NCBI GenBank assembly: GCA_026387235.1
Contig: JAPLMD010000042.1
Coordinates: 3,185 to 67,184 of the forward strand
Source: Candidatus Omnitrophota bacterium
GTDB taxonomy: Bacteria; Omnitrophota; Gorgyraeia; Gorgyraeales; Gorgyraeaceae
DNA: 64,000 bases
Direction of reading: 5' to 3'
Position numbers and translations under genes: made by a program. Within the stretch, counting starts at the first letter, position 1. The number at the start of each line of letters is the position of its first letter. This document shows positions 17,871 to 27,858 of this stretch, one piece after another. The notes beneath the pieces are model-generated. The model was not told where the DNA came from. It made no database searches and saw nothing but the letters and a program-made list of their open reading frames with translations.

Positions 17871-20555
17871 TTAAATCTCTTTCATCTCCAGCCAATTTTT
17901 TCCGTACTGCACGCTTGCCTTTATGGGGACCGATAGCTTTACGGCGCCTTCCATCTCTTCTTTTACAAGTTCTTTCATTTTATCCAGCTCATCCTTGGGT
18001 ACTTCAAAAACAAGTTCATCATGCACCTGTAAAGTCATCAGCGATTTTAAATTCTCTTTCTTCATCCTCCTGCATATATTTATCATCGCTATTTTTATCA
18101 GATCCGCTGCCGAACCCTGGACAGGCGTATTTATGGCAATCCTCTCCGCCTGCTGCTGTTCTCTTATGCCGCCTGTTTTTATTTCAGGGATATATCTCCG
18201 CCTGTTGAAAAGAGTTGTTACATACCCAGCACTTCTAGCCTCTTCGATTTTGTCTTCCATATAAACTCTTACGGCTGGATATCTTTCAAAATACGAATCT
18301 ATGAATTGCTGGGCGCTAGCCGGATCTATGTTAAGGCCTTTACTTAAACCAAAAGCGCTGATGCCGTATATTATGCCAAAGTTCACGGTCTTAGCGCTCA
18401 CCCTCATTTCCGGCGTTACTTCGCTTTCATTCACGCCAAAAATCAAAGAAGCAGTATGGGTATGCACGTCTCTATTATTTTCAAACGCAGATAGAAGCTC
18501 AGGGTCTTTCGAGAGATGCGCCAGAATCCTCAGCTCTATCTGGGAATAATCAGCTGACATTATTAAATTACCGCCTTCCCCTACAAAAGCCTTTCTTATC
18601 TTTCTGCCTTCTTCCGTCTTTATCGGAATATTCTGAAGATTTGGATTAGAGGATGAAAGCCTTCCTGTAGCCGTAACCGCCTGGTTAAAAGAAGTGTGAA
18701 GCCTTCCTGTTTTTTTATTAATCAGCTCCGGCAATGCATCTACGTAAGTAGACTTCAGTTTGGATAATTCCCTGTATTTCAATAGTTCTTTAGCTAGCGG
18801 ATGCAAAGAAGAAAGCCTTTCAAGAACCTCTACGTCCGTCGAAGCGCCGGTCTTTGTCTTTTTTACAACAGGCAGCCCTAATTTTTCAAATAAAATCCGG
18901 CTGAGCTGTTTCGGGGAATTAATGTTGAATTCTTCGCCTGCTATCCGATATATCTCCTTAGTGAGCGCAGAAAGTTCTTTCTCCATATCAGACGAGGTTT
19001 CTTTTAAAAAATCAACATCTATCTTTATTCCATTCTTCTCTATCTCGCCCAAAATATCTACAAGCGGCAGCTCTATATCGTTAAAAAGCGATTCCAGCTC
19101 TTTTTTAAAAATCTCTTTTTCAAATACATTTTTAAGCCTCAGCGTGACATCGCTATCTTCGCAAGAATATGCGGAGACCTTCTCTACGTCCACCTTGTCC
19201 ATCGTAATTCTTTTCTTGCCAGTGCCCAGAAGTTCGTCAATAGAGGTCATTTTATGGTCAAGGTATTCAAACGCAAGGTCATCCAGGCCATGGCTCATCC
19301 TGGAAGGGTTCAGCAGATACGATGCTATCATCGTGTCATAAGATATGCCCTTAACCTCTATGCCATAATTTGACAATACCAGCTTGTCATATTTTATATT
19401 CTGCCCGATTTTCTTTATGTTTCCGTCTTCAAGAATAGGCTTTAGTTTTTTAATAACTGCTTCTAAATCTACGCCTTTGGCATATGGCGCAGAGCGCGGA
19501 GCCACGTAATACGCTTCGCCTTCTTTCCAGCAAAACGATATGCCTACAAGCTCTGCTTCCATCGGGCGTTCGCTCGTGGTTTCAATGTCCAGAACAAACT
19601 CTTTCTTTGTTTTCAACTCTCCGATAAAATCCCTGAAATCTTCAGCGCTAGCGATTGTCTTATAGTTGGCCGCTTTATGAACATCCGAATAGCATGACGC
19701 GATTTCCCTGGCAAAGTTTTTAAACTCCAGCTCTTTAAAAATGGCTAATAGTTTTTCCGAATCAGGGCCTGTTGAGCGCATGACATCAGCGTCTATTTCT
19801 ATCGGCACCTCTGAATCCACAGTAGCGAGCTCCTTGGACATCCTCGCGCTATCTTCCTGCTCAGACAGCATTCTTTTTCTTGATTCGCTTTTTATCTTAT
19901 CGAGATTTTTATAAAGATTGTCCAGGCTTCCAAACTCCTTTATAAGCTCAATGGCTGTTTTTTCTCCTATGCCCCGCACACCCGGAATGTTATCAGTGGC
20001 ATCACCTGCAAGAGCGATAAAATCAGTTATGTTTTCAGGCCCGAGCCCTGAAAATCTTTCCTTTACGGCTTCAGAGTCGTAAACAAGCTCATCTTTATGC
20101 GTGCTGTAAACTTTTATATTATTATCGACTATCTGAAGCATGTCTTTATCGCCCGTGACTATATACACTTCTATGCCCTGCTGAGATATTTTTTTAGCAA
20201 TAGTGGCCAGGATATCATCCGCCTCAAAACCCTGTTTTTCAAAAATAGGTATGTTATACGCAGATATAGTTTCTTTTATTAAGCCCATTTGGCTTACAAG
20301 ATCGTCCGGCATGGGCTTTCTATGAACCTTGTAACCATCAAACTGCTCGTGCCTGAACGTAGGGCCCTTCAGGTCAAACGCCACACCAATATAAGCAGGC
20401 TTTTCTTTCTCTAGTAATTTTTTAAGCATCAGGATAAAGCCGTAGACCGCGTTCGTGGGCCTGCCTTTTGAATTCCTTAGCTCTTTTATGGCATAAAAAG
20501 CTCTATAACAATAAGAATTTCCATCAATCAAAAAAAGTTTTTCTTTTTTAGTCAT
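17871..20555 (-). CDS. polA: DNA polymerase I (5'-3' exonuclease + 3'-5' exonuclease + polymerase domains).
   Basis: 894 aa. N-terminal LFLIDGNSYCYRAFYA; polymerase motifs RRxAKTVNFGIIYG and QVHDELVFEV. Confidence 0.95.
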   Translation of the reverse strand: MTKKEKLFLIDGNSYCYRAFYAIKELRNSKGRPTNAVYGFILMLKKLLEKEKPAYIGVAFDLKGPTFRHEQFDGYKVHRKPMPDDLVSQMGLIKETISAYNIPIFEKQGFEADDILATIAKKISQQGIEVYIVTGDKDMLQIVDNNIKVYSTHKDELVYDSEAVKERFSGLGPENITDFIALAGDATDNIPGVRGIGEKTAIELIKEFGSLDNLYKNLDKIKSESRKRMLSEQEDSARMSKELATVDSEVPIEIDADVMRSTGPDSEKLLAIFKELEFKNFAREIASCYSDVHKAANYKTIASAEDFRDFIGELKTKKEFVLDIETTSERPMEAELVGISFCWKEGEAYYVAPRSAPYAKGVDLEAVIKKLKPILEDGNIKKIGQNIKYDKLVLSNYGIEVKGISYDTMIASYLLNPSRMSHGLDDLAFEYLDHKMTSIDELLGTGKKRITMDKVDVEKVSAYSCEDSDVTLRLKNVFEKEIFKKELESLFNDIELPLVDILGEIEKNGIKIDVDFLKETSSDMEKELSALTKEIYRIAGEEFNINSPKQLSRILFEKLGLPVVKKTKTGASTDVEVLERLSSLHPLAKELLKYRELSKLKSTYVDALPELINKKTGRLHTSFNQAVTATGRLSSSNPNLQNIPIKTEEGRKIRKAFVGEGGNLIMSADYSQIELRILAHLSKDPELLSAFENNRDVHTHTASLIFGVNESEVTPEMRVSAKTVNFGIIYGISAFGLSKGLNIDPASAQQFIDSYFERYPAVRVYMEDKIEEARSAGYVTTLFNRRRYIPEIKTGGIREQQQAERIAINTPVQGSAADLIKIAMINICRRMKKENLKSLMTLQVHDELVFEVPKDELDKMKELVKEEMEGAVKLSVPIKASVQYGKNWLEMKEI

Positions 20556-20620
20556 TCATTATTTATACGGGATTTCCTAAAATAGGAAGGGTATTTCTCT
20601 GCATAAATCAGGCGGTTCTG

Positions 20621-21646
20621 CTACTCTGGTAAAATACTTAAAATTGCTTCGAATTCTTTTTTGGCGCCCGCAAAATCTTTCTGGCGGTAACATATCATAC
20701 CTTCTTTATAATAATCCTCTATCCTTTCCTCCTTCATTTTAAACTTTATTTCGTCTTCTAATTCTGAGAACGACTTACTTTCCTTGGAATCCTGCTTGGC
20801 AAGCCTTATTACATCCAGCGCCTTTGCGTATTCGCCTTTATTGTAATAATCTCTTGCCTTGCCATAAGATGCGCTCGCTCCGCTGTTAGTTGCCGCTTTA
20901 GGCTCTTTGGCATTTTCTTTGCTGTCTTTTTCTTTTCTCAGCCTTTCTTCGGCCAACTTCAAGGATTCCTGAAGTTCTTTGTCTATATTCTTATCTGATT
21001 TTGAAATTTTGACAGGTTGTTTCTTTTTTTCAGATCCTATCCTAGTCCAACCAGAATCTTTTTTTGCTTTTGGTTTAGGCTCTGGTTTTTGTTTTTTTTC
21101 AACAGGAGCCTGCTGCTTTATTTTTGGCGGTTCAGCCTTTAGTTCAGTCTTTTCTGTTTTATCAATCAGGCCGAGCTTTTCTAGCCTACTACTTGCTTCC
21201 TGAGTCCATGGATCGTTCGGGTTGCCTAATTTATATCTTCTCATCCAGTGAAAAGCAGCTCTTTCCAGCTCGCCTTTTCTCTCATAAAGAAGCGCCAGGT
21301 TCGTATGAACTTCTTTATAATTCGAATCCAAAACAAGGGCTTTCTCGTATTCAGCTTCCGCCCTATCCAGCCATCCTTTTGTCTCAAATAGAATGCCGAG
21401 ATCATTGTGCGGAGAAGCATATTCAGGCTTAATATTAGCCGCCTTCTGATACCATTCAATAGCGGTATCTATATCTCCGCGCTGCTGCGCATCATACCCC
21501 TTTGCCCGATATGTTTCCGCTTCGCTCGATATTCCCACTACATTTCCGGCATACATATAAGGTATAATTAAAAATGGCAGGAAAAACAAAATCGCAGAAT
21601 AGATCAACCCGCGTCTTACAAATCTTATACTATTTATTTTTCTCAT
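20621..21646 (-). CDS. Membrane-anchored TPR-repeat protein with a long Lys/Glu-rich linker.
   Basis: N-terminal transmembrane segment (LIYSAILFFLPFLIIPYMYA). TPR-like repeats (AIEWYQKAANIKPEYASPHNDLGILFETKGWLDRAEAEYEKALVLD...). The central K/E/P-rich low-complexity region is ~100 aa. Confidence 0.6.
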   Translation of the reverse strand: MRKINSIRFVRRGLIYSAILFFLPFLIIPYMYAGNVVGISSEAETYRAKGYDAQQRGDIDTAIEWYQKAANIKPEYASPHNDLGILFETKGWLDRAEAEYEKALVLDSNYKEVHTNLALLYERKGELERAAFHWMRRYKLGNPNDPWTQEASSRLEKLGLIDKTEKTELKAEPPKIKQQAPVEKKQKPEPKPKAKKDSGWTRIGSEKKKQPVKISKSDKNIDKELQESLKLAEERLRKEKDSKENAKEPKAATNSGASASYGKARDYYNKGEYAKALDVIRLAKQDSKESKSFSELEDEIKFKMKEERIEDYYKEGMICYRQKDFAGAKKEFEAILSILPE

Positions 21647-21765
21647 TGCTCATAAGTGTATCACATACCTCTTATTGCGTCAAGAATAAAATTAAACAAA
21701 AAATTACTAAAACTCCGTTATTTAACAAAACAAGCCATGCTCGATCTGTAAAATAACAGCTACCT

Positions 21766-23313
21766 CTATTGTTCTTGCAGGTGCGCGGAAAAGTAGCCTC
21801 CAGTGAGAGCATCTATGTCCGCGGTAAGTTCCTGAAGCCGAAGTTCTTTTTCAAGGCTAATCTTTAAATCATGAGGAGGCAAAGCCAGCATTTCTATCTG
21901 AAGCCGCCTTCTTTCAAAATATATCCTCGTGACCTCGTTTATTATATCGTCTCTAAGTTCAACCATGAGTTTTGACCTGGTATCTATGGATGTCTGGTCT
22001 TCGTTCCATATGAGTTCCCCCATATCCCATGTCATTGCAATATCCCAGCTGACTGTATCCTTCCCTTTCTGCAATGTATCAGGATTTGTGCCTGAATCCC
22101 AATGCCAGTAATCAGTAACATACCTATCTAATCCTACTGAGACATTGGGAAGTAAGGCTTTTTTGCCCGCAGATTTTCTCCATTCTTTTATCTTATCAGG
22201 ATGGACTTCCGCATATTCTATGGCTGCATTTTGAACATCCTTTATGCTCGGCTCATTATTAAAGCTTTCTAAGATTTCGTTAAATTCATAATCTTTATCA
22301 TCAATGCGGGACAGATTAGTTTTATATAGGCCTTTTTTTGTGGCAGTCCACAAATATCCATTTGTATCTATGACAATATCCCGCGTATCTTTCGTAGTTA
22401 TGCCTTTATAGAGCGGCTTCCAGAGCTTTTCCTGTTCAAAAAACATGAAAACACCCTTATTAGTTGCGGCATAGAGATTGTCTTTATATATTAGTCTTTT
22501 TACTTTTAAAGATATGAGGCCTGCATTAATAAACTCTTTCCATGTTTCCCCTTTATCTTCACTTACGAATATCCCAGAATCAGTTGCAAGAAAAACATTA
22601 TTTTTACCCACCGTTATACTGTTTACCGGTTTTATTGCTTTAACATCTTCGTCTACGATATCCGCATCGTATTTCATTTCTCCCCTGGCTGTTACAAAGG
22701 TTCTCTTCCATCCAGTATCAGTATTTCTGTATACGCCTTTTTCAGCGGCAATAAAAATTACATCATCCATAAACTCTATCCACCTTACGCCAAAATTAGC
22801 TATTTCTCCAGGGTCTTTCTGCCAAGCAAGGCCATTATCTATGCTAATAAAAAGCCCCTTTTCCGTACCGAGGAAAATCTTACCGTCTTTGGAAAACGCG
22901 ATGTGCGCGGCATTCTCTTCAAATATTCTTTTCCAATTTAACTTACCGTCCTCGCTTTTAAAAAGGCCTGCTTTCGTGCAGATAAAAATACCTTGTTCAG
23001 AAATACCTGTGAAATTAATTTCATTATCTTCTCCCTGCGCAGAAAATACTGCTTGCCAGGTATTTCCTTCGTCTTCGCTTCTATGCAATGTTTTTTCAGT
23101 TGAGGCATAGATAACATTATTAAAAGGGCTTATGCTGACATCCTGCATATCCACTTCCTGAATTCCCTTTATTTGCTCCCAATCTCTACTAGTAAAGCCA
23201 AGCGAACAAAAAATAAACATGCACAGCATTGCTAAAATATTAACATGCCTCACAAAGCACCCCCTTATCTTTGCGCAAGGGCAGGTTTTAAACCTGCCTC
23301 TACGCTTGTTCAA
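21766..23313 (-). CDS. BNR/Asp-box repeat protein (Ycf48/sialidase-like beta-propeller) with an uncharacterised C-terminal domain.
   Basis: Three S-x-D-x-G-x-T-W type boxes (SEDEGNTWQ, SIDNGLAWQ, SEDKGETWK). The likely true start is at MLCMFIF (~23229), which begins a signal or transmembrane segment. Confidence 0.55.
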   Translation of the reverse strand: MNKRRGRFKTCPCAKIRGCFVRHVNILAMLCMFIFCSLGFTSRDWEQIKGIQEVDMQDVSISPFNNVIYASTEKTLHRSEDEGNTWQAVFSAQGEDNEINFTGISEQGIFICTKAGLFKSEDGKLNWKRIFEENAAHIAFSKDGKIFLGTEKGLFISIDNGLAWQKDPGEIANFGVRWIEFMDDVIFIAAEKGVYRNTDTGWKRTFVTARGEMKYDADIVDEDVKAIKPVNSITVGKNNVFLATDSGIFVSEDKGETWKEFINAGLISLKVKRLIYKDNLYAATNKGVFMFFEQEKLWKPLYKGITTKDTRDIVIDTNGYLWTATKKGLYKTNLSRIDDKDYEFNEILESFNNEPSIKDVQNAAIEYAEVHPDKIKEWRKSAGKKALLPNVSVGLDRYVTDYWHWDSGTNPDTLQKGKDTVSWDIAMTWDMGELIWNEDQTSIDTRSKLMVELRDDIINEVTRIYFERRRLQIEMLALPPHDLKISLEKELRLQELTADIDALTGGYFSAHLQEQ

Positions 23314-23405
23314 AAAGATAGATTCAGTATATGCCGTGTTAATTTAGATAGGCAAGGATAAAGAAGTCAGAAAATAATGCTTGAGGGACAGGGGAAAATC
23401 GAAAA

Positions 23406-23591
23406 CTAAACTCGCGGCTTTTTTAAAAAAGATATTGCGCCTCGTATTATTAACAACGCGCAGACAAAAAAAGCAATTATGGACTTTGGCCCTATATAAT
23501 TCATGGCTTTTCCAAGGATAATATCATACGTTGACACAAAAATAGCGCCTACGACGCCAAGTATAATAAAGATTAACCCTTCTGTTTTCAT
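23406..23591 (-). CDS. Small hydrophobic membrane protein (~61 aa).
   Basis: MKTEGLIFIILGVVGAIFVSTYDIILGKAMNYIGPKSIIAFFVCALLIIRGAI has two predicted transmembrane helices. The ATG at 23591 lies 8 nt after GGAGG. The track ORF's extra N-terminus is just translation of the leader palindrome. Confidence 0.4.
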   Translation of the reverse strand: MKTEGLIFIILGVVGAIFVSTYDIILGKAMNYIGPKSIIAFFVCALLIIRGAISFLKKPRV

Positions 23592-23605
23592 ATTCATATC
23601 CTCCC

Positions 23606-23713
23606 AAATTTTGTGAAACAAAATTTAATCCCGCCTCGTGCCGAAACGAGTGCTAGCTAGGCACTCGGCGCCGAGGCAAGCTGCCCTGACTCTTACACCT
23701 AGCGACGAGGGGC
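23606..23713 (-). repeat. Structured leader repeat, copy C (long form: AAATTTTGTGAAACAAAATTT + AATCCCG..extended GC hairpins..GCGACGAGGGGC).
   Basis: The AT palindrome is identical to copies D1 and E. The GC-hairpin module carries an extra CCTCGTGCCGAAACGAGTGCTAGCTAGGCACTCGGCGCCGAGG insert. Confidence 0.65.
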
Positions 23714-23821
23714 TTTTTAATAATATTACTATTATCCTATGCAAAATCAAGAAAATTATAATTTACATTTTTTCAATATCCTAACCTATTACAATGATTA
23801 ATGTTACAAGCGATGCTAAAT

Positions 23822-23850
23822 TTGAATAATGGCCCTAAATGTGATATAGT
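23822..23850 (+). promoter_or_regulatory. Putative sigma-70 promoter (TTGAAT-N17-TATAGT) for the plus-strand gene at 23868.
   Basis: The -35/-10 hexamers have a 17-nt spacer. The -10 lies ~18 nt upstream of the ATG, which is preceded by AGGAGGAG. Confidence 0.35.
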
Positions 23851-23867
23851 TATAGTAGGAGGAGAAG

Positions 23868-24212
23868 ATGTTTAAATTCGCTGTTACATTAATATCGATT
23901 TTTATCATGGCATCCGCATGCGCCTACGCAGGCACAGAACCAGGCCTTGCGATAAGTGTATCGTCATGCTCTTTTTCTGAATGGGTTAACACAGAATCCG
24001 GCAATAATCCTATAGATGAAAATGCGGAAAAAATAGCTTTAAGAGAACAATGGGAAACTAATATCGGAATAGATGTTTTCTATCCTTATTTTAAAGCAAA
24101 AGAGCTGGAATCAAAGGTGAGAGAAAAAACCAGCGTAAGAGTTTTAAAAGTAAGAGGTAAGCCGGAATTTAAAAGCAACGAAGCAAAATACATATTCACT
24201 ATAAAATTTTAG
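23868..24212 (+). CDS. Small secreted hypothetical protein (signal peptide; 114 aa).
   Basis: Strong SD (AGGAGGAGAAG-ATG). N-terminal signal peptide MFKFAVTLISIFIMASACAYA. One of only three plus-strand genes in the window. Confidence 0.5.
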   Translation: MFKFAVTLISIFIMASACAYAGTEPGLAISVSSCSFSEWVNTESGNNPIDENAEKIALREQWETNIGIDVFYPYFKAKELESKVREKTSVRVLKVRGKPEFKSNEAKYIFTIKF

Positions 24213-26251
24213 CCCTTCTTCTTTTTCAGCACATCAATTAATACGCTTGCAACTTTGGGATCAAACTGCGTGCCGCTGTTTTCCTTGATTATCCTTAAAG
24301 CTTCCTTTTTTGACAAAGCTTTTCGATAAGGCCTGTCCGATATCAGGGCTTCGTAAACGTCGGCTATGGCTATGATGCGCGCGCCTATCGGTATCTCTTC
24401 TTCTTTTAATCCGAACGGATAACCTTTGCCATCCCATCTTTCATGATGATAAAGAATCAAAGGCAACAGGTTATGAAAAGATTGTATGGGCCTTATTATA
24501 TCAACGCCGATTTTAGGATGCTCCCTGATCTTTTTAAATTCCGACCTGGTAAGAGACCCTTTCTTTAAAAGAATTTTTTCGCTTATGCCGATTTTACCCA
24601 AATCATGCAGCATTGACGCCTGCTCTATGAACCTTATCTCATCCATAGGCAAGCCGATGCGCTTGGCTATCTCGTTCGCGTAGTAAACAGTCCTTTCCAC
24701 ATGATTACCCGTATAATGATCCTTAAGCTCTATTGTTTTGGCGAATGCGAAGATGGATTCAATCGAACTCTGATTCGATTTTTTTGTAAGTTTCAAAAAT
24801 TTATGCCTTAAATTTTTAATGCTCCCTGCTTTATCTGATAAAACATTGCCGTCCTGTATATCTGACATGGAGCACACCCTGTCTCCGCCATATTCCTTTG
24901 CCTTGTTTAAAATCTTATCCGCGGCTTCGATAAAATCAGAACTTTTGAACAAGTTGTCTCCAGGATAAGAAACAACAGCCATGCTTATCCGTAATTTAAC
25001 CACATTCTTCTTGTCTCCAAAAGTAAACACCTTGATAGCATCCGCTATTCTATGCCCAAGCTCTAATGCGCTCTGGTTATAATTACCCGGCAATACGATC
25101 ACGAATTCCTCATCTCCGAATCTTATAACATAATCATGCAGTCTGACCAGCCTTCTTAGTTTATGCGCAAACTGCTTAAGAACCAAGTCTCCAAATTTAT
25201 ATCCATAAGCGTCATTAACGGATCTGAAATAATCTATGTCAATAAATATCAGCGAAAGCAGCTGATGATATTTTTTGGCCCTGTAAAATTCCGACTTCAT
25301 GATCTCTTTTAAATATCCGTGGTTATAAAGCCCTGTATGAGGGTCCTTTACGACAAGATGCTGTAATTTTTTATTTGATTTAAAAAGTTCCTTATTTAAT
25401 ATCACTGTATTTTTTTCGGCTTTCTTGCGTTTAGTTATATCTCCGGCCACTTCCAGGATAGTCTTGACATGATTTGTTTCGTCATACATGGGTATTCCTT
25501 TGATAATCCATTCCCTGCCGTCAGGCGCAACCATCTCCTCTTCTTCTATTTTTCCTGTTTCTCTGGCCCTGATTACAGGGCAATTCGCGCACGGCTTATC
25601 AAGGCCATGAAAAATCTGGTAACATATTTTTCCTTCCAGGAGCTTAGGGGTTGTTTTAAATGATTCTGCGGTAGCCTTATTAGCCCATATAATCCTGCTT
25701 TCTAAATCCTGCTGGACTACAAGCTCCTGCATATTATTAAGGATGATGGTTTTTTCGCTCTCCGTCTTCCTGCGCTCTTCTTCAACGCCTATAGCGGAAG
25801 CAATAATTCCTATCAGCCTCTCTTCTTCCGAAGTAGGCACGAAATCTTTCTTATAAACAACGCAAAGCACTCCTTTATAGCTGCCGTTAAATTTTACCGG
25901 CCGGCCCATGTAGGTCTCGAGGCCATATTTTTTAACATTCGGATCTGAATTTGCGTACGGAGTATTCTGAAGGTGGCGTACCAGAACAACTTCGTCAGCC
26001 GCGTATCTTATGGCATCATGACAAATGTGGCCTTCTGCTTTATCAGTCAGTTTGTAATCCAAAGGCACATTCCATGTACCAGCGGAGCATAGTATATCCT
26101 TATCAAGGCGATTATACAAAGCGCACGTCGCGCCCATTAAATCCCCGCACAATGCCACAAGTTTATTTATATTTTTTATAGGGTCATTACCAAAGGAGAG
26201 AAGGCATTCTGTTAACTTTATAAAATGATTTTCAATGATTAGATATTCCAT
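24209..26251 (-). CDS. Multidomain c-di-GMP signalling protein: GAF-like N-terminus, PAS, degenerate GGDEF (RFGDEEF) and HD-GYP phosphodiesterase domain.
   Basis: PAS-like region (RIIWANKATAESF...CPVIRARETG). GGDEF-family block (DPHTGLYNHGYL...IDIDYFRSVNDAYGY..GD..L) with the RFGDEEF motif. The HD-GYP signature HHERWDGKGYP plus HD residues (MLHDLGK) are present. Confidence 0.8.
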   Translation of the reverse strand: MEYLIIENHFIKLTECLLSFGNDPIKNINKLVALCGDLMGATCALYNRLDKDILCSAGTWNVPLDYKLTDKAEGHICHDAIRYAADEVVLVRHLQNTPYANSDPNVKKYGLETYMGRPVKFNGSYKGVLCVVYKKDFVPTSEEERLIGIIASAIGVEEERRKTESEKTIILNNMQELVVQQDLESRIIWANKATAESFKTTPKLLEGKICYQIFHGLDKPCANCPVIRARETGKIEEEEMVAPDGREWIIKGIPMYDETNHVKTILEVAGDITKRKKAEKNTVILNKELFKSNKKLQHLVVKDPHTGLYNHGYLKEIMKSEFYRAKKYHQLLSLIFIDIDYFRSVNDAYGYKFGDLVLKQFAHKLRRLVRLHDYVIRFGDEEFVIVLPGNYNQSALELGHRIADAIKVFTFGDKKNVVKLRISMAVVSYPGDNLFKSSDFIEAADKILNKAKEYGGDRVCSMSDIQDGNVLSDKAGSIKNLRHKFLKLTKKSNQSSIESIFAFAKTIELKDHYTGNHVERTVYYANEIAKRIGLPMDEIRFIEQASMLHDLGKIGISEKILLKKGSLTRSEFKKIREHPKIGVDIIRPIQSFHNLLPLILYHHERWDGKGYPFGLKEEEIPIGARIIAIADVYEALISDRPYRKALSKKEALRIIKENSGTQFDPKVASVLIDVLKKKKG

Positions 26252-26419
26252 GACACCCTACACTCAATTAGAAACTACCAGCACTGCTAACTTCTAAAAC
26301 AGTATTATTTACCAGCGCTTGACTCTAAAAGCTTTGGGAGATAGGAACTTTTCTATACCTAGAAGGATACCATATAAAACGTTTACTTTCAAGGGTAAAA
26401 CAAGATATTATATCCGGGG

Positions 26420-26914
26420 TTATTTCTTGTAAAGCCCTATTAATTCAGCCTGGGCCAGCACATGCCCATTAATAGCTCTTTCTAAATCAACTTTGCGACC
26501 CCCTTCTTTCAAATTAAGCTCTATATCGAGAGCGTATACTTTAAAAATATAACGATGAACCCCAGATGGAGGAAATGGTCCATCATAACCAATCCTCCCA
26601 AAATCATTAATACCCTGTTTCCCTGGTATGGAATTCTCTTCGATCTTTGAAACCGGAGGCATATCAAATACTAGCCAGTGCACCCAATCCCCGCCAGGCG
26701 CATCAGGATCATTAAATATCAAAGCGATGCTCTGGGTTCCAGCAGGAATATCACCTATAATCAACTCGGGGTTAATATTTTCTCCGCGGTAGGTAAACTT
26801 TTTAGGGATAAATTCGTTATTTTTGAATTCCGGGCTTTTTAATTCCATTGCCAAGACCTGCGATTCTATCGCCAATACAAGACAAAATACGAGAAATATG
26901 GCCTTTTTTCTCAT
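26420..26914 (-). CDS. YbhB/YbcL family (PEBP / Raf-kinase-inhibitor-like) protein, secreted.
   Basis: Signal peptide, then NDPDAPGG.WVHW, GY.GP.PP.G.HRY.F..YALD. A typical bacterial PEBP. Confidence 0.8.
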   Translation of the reverse strand: MRKKAIFLVFCLVLAIESQVLAMELKSPEFKNNEFIPKKFTYRGENINPELIIGDIPAGTQSIALIFNDPDAPGGDWVHWLVFDMPPVSKIEENSIPGKQGINDFGRIGYDGPFPPSGVHRYIFKVYALDIELNLKEGGRKVDLERAINGHVLAQAELIGLYKK

Positions 26915-27855
26915 TTGCCCTTTAAAAGCCTGTTTAAAAGCTCCTGGCCTTTTGAAACAAATAACTTTTGTATCACGTATTCAAGGTCCGGCATTACCAT
27001 TATATCAGGCACTTTGCCGCTTATCTCCATAGGCATTTTTATTAAACCTTTATCGTCCGCGATATATCTAAGCTCAGGCGCGGTATTAATAAGCGCGTTC
27101 GAAAGGTCTTTTTGTATAAATAAATCTACGCTGATGTCAATGTCCTGCTCTATCCCGATAGACCCCTTGCCTGTAAGATAAAAAGCGCTTGATTCTACCA
27201 AAAGTTCGTCAAAGAAAATTCTGCCGTCTTTTATTTCAAAATCCGCGTTTATTGGCTTAAATGCGGTGTAATTCTGGTCCAGGAGATCTCTATATTTCTC
27301 AGGCATATTATCTTTTAACTTTTGGACAAGGCCTGGCAGCATGTTAAGTTTATCCAGCGCGGCCTTTAAAACATTCATATTATCCAAAACCGCGTTTTGC
27401 AATTTTGCGTTCCCTTTTGCGCTTAATGTTTTTAACATGTCATCCTGCGACAGGCTGTTGATTGAAATGCGCATATTTAAATCAAGGCCGCATCTAAAGC
27501 TAGGGCTATCGCCCGGATTGATCCTTAATTCAGGTATAAGCAATCTCTCGATTTGGATATATTTTCTTAAAAGCGGTAGAATCCTTACGCTTGCTTCCAG
27601 GCTTTCCGCTTTTAATAAAGCGTTATCCCAGATTTTGCCCTTGTCTTTTATGGCAATGCCTCTCGCCTTGACTTCAAGCCCGTGTAAAAAACTAAGGGAG
27701 ATATTGTCTATCGCTACATCCTTGCCCATAGACTCTTCTAATTTTATTATCAATGCGCCTTTGTAGCGATTGGCGTCAAAAGTAACTATAAACAGGCCGG
27801 CCGCAATTAACAGCAATATTAAAACAGAAGCTGTTATTATGAAAATTTTTTTCAT
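26911..27855 (-). CDS. AsmA-family protein (short form).
   Basis: N-terminal membrane anchor MKKIFIITASVLILLLIAAGLFIVTFDANRYKG..., characteristic of the AsmA N-terminus. 314 aa. Confidence 0.5.
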   Translation of the reverse strand: MKKIFIITASVLILLLIAAGLFIVTFDANRYKGALIIKLEESMGKDVAIDNISLSFLHGLEVKARGIAIKDKGKIWDNALLKAESLEASVRILPLLRKYIQIERLLIPELRINPGDSPSFRCGLDLNMRISINSLSQDDMLKTLSAKGNAKLQNAVLDNMNVLKAALDKLNMLPGLVQKLKDNMPEKYRDLLDQNYTAFKPINADFEIKDGRIFFDELLVESSAFYLTGKGSIGIEQDIDISVDLFIQKDLSNALINTAPELRYIADDKGLIKMPMEISGKVPDIMVMPDLEYVIQKLFVSKGQELLNRLLKGK

Positions 27856-27858
27856 AGG

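Noticed and set aside
23606-23626. The AAATTTTGTGAAACAAAATTT palindrome as a Rex (TTGTGAA-N4-TTCACAA) or CRP/FNR (TGTGA-N6-TCACA) operator
   Set aside because: Only one half-site-like TTGTGAA is present. The spacing and the second half (ACAAAA) do not fit either consensus. The compensatory changes also keep a hairpin with a 3-nt loop, which fits an RNA stem or a novel dimer site better.
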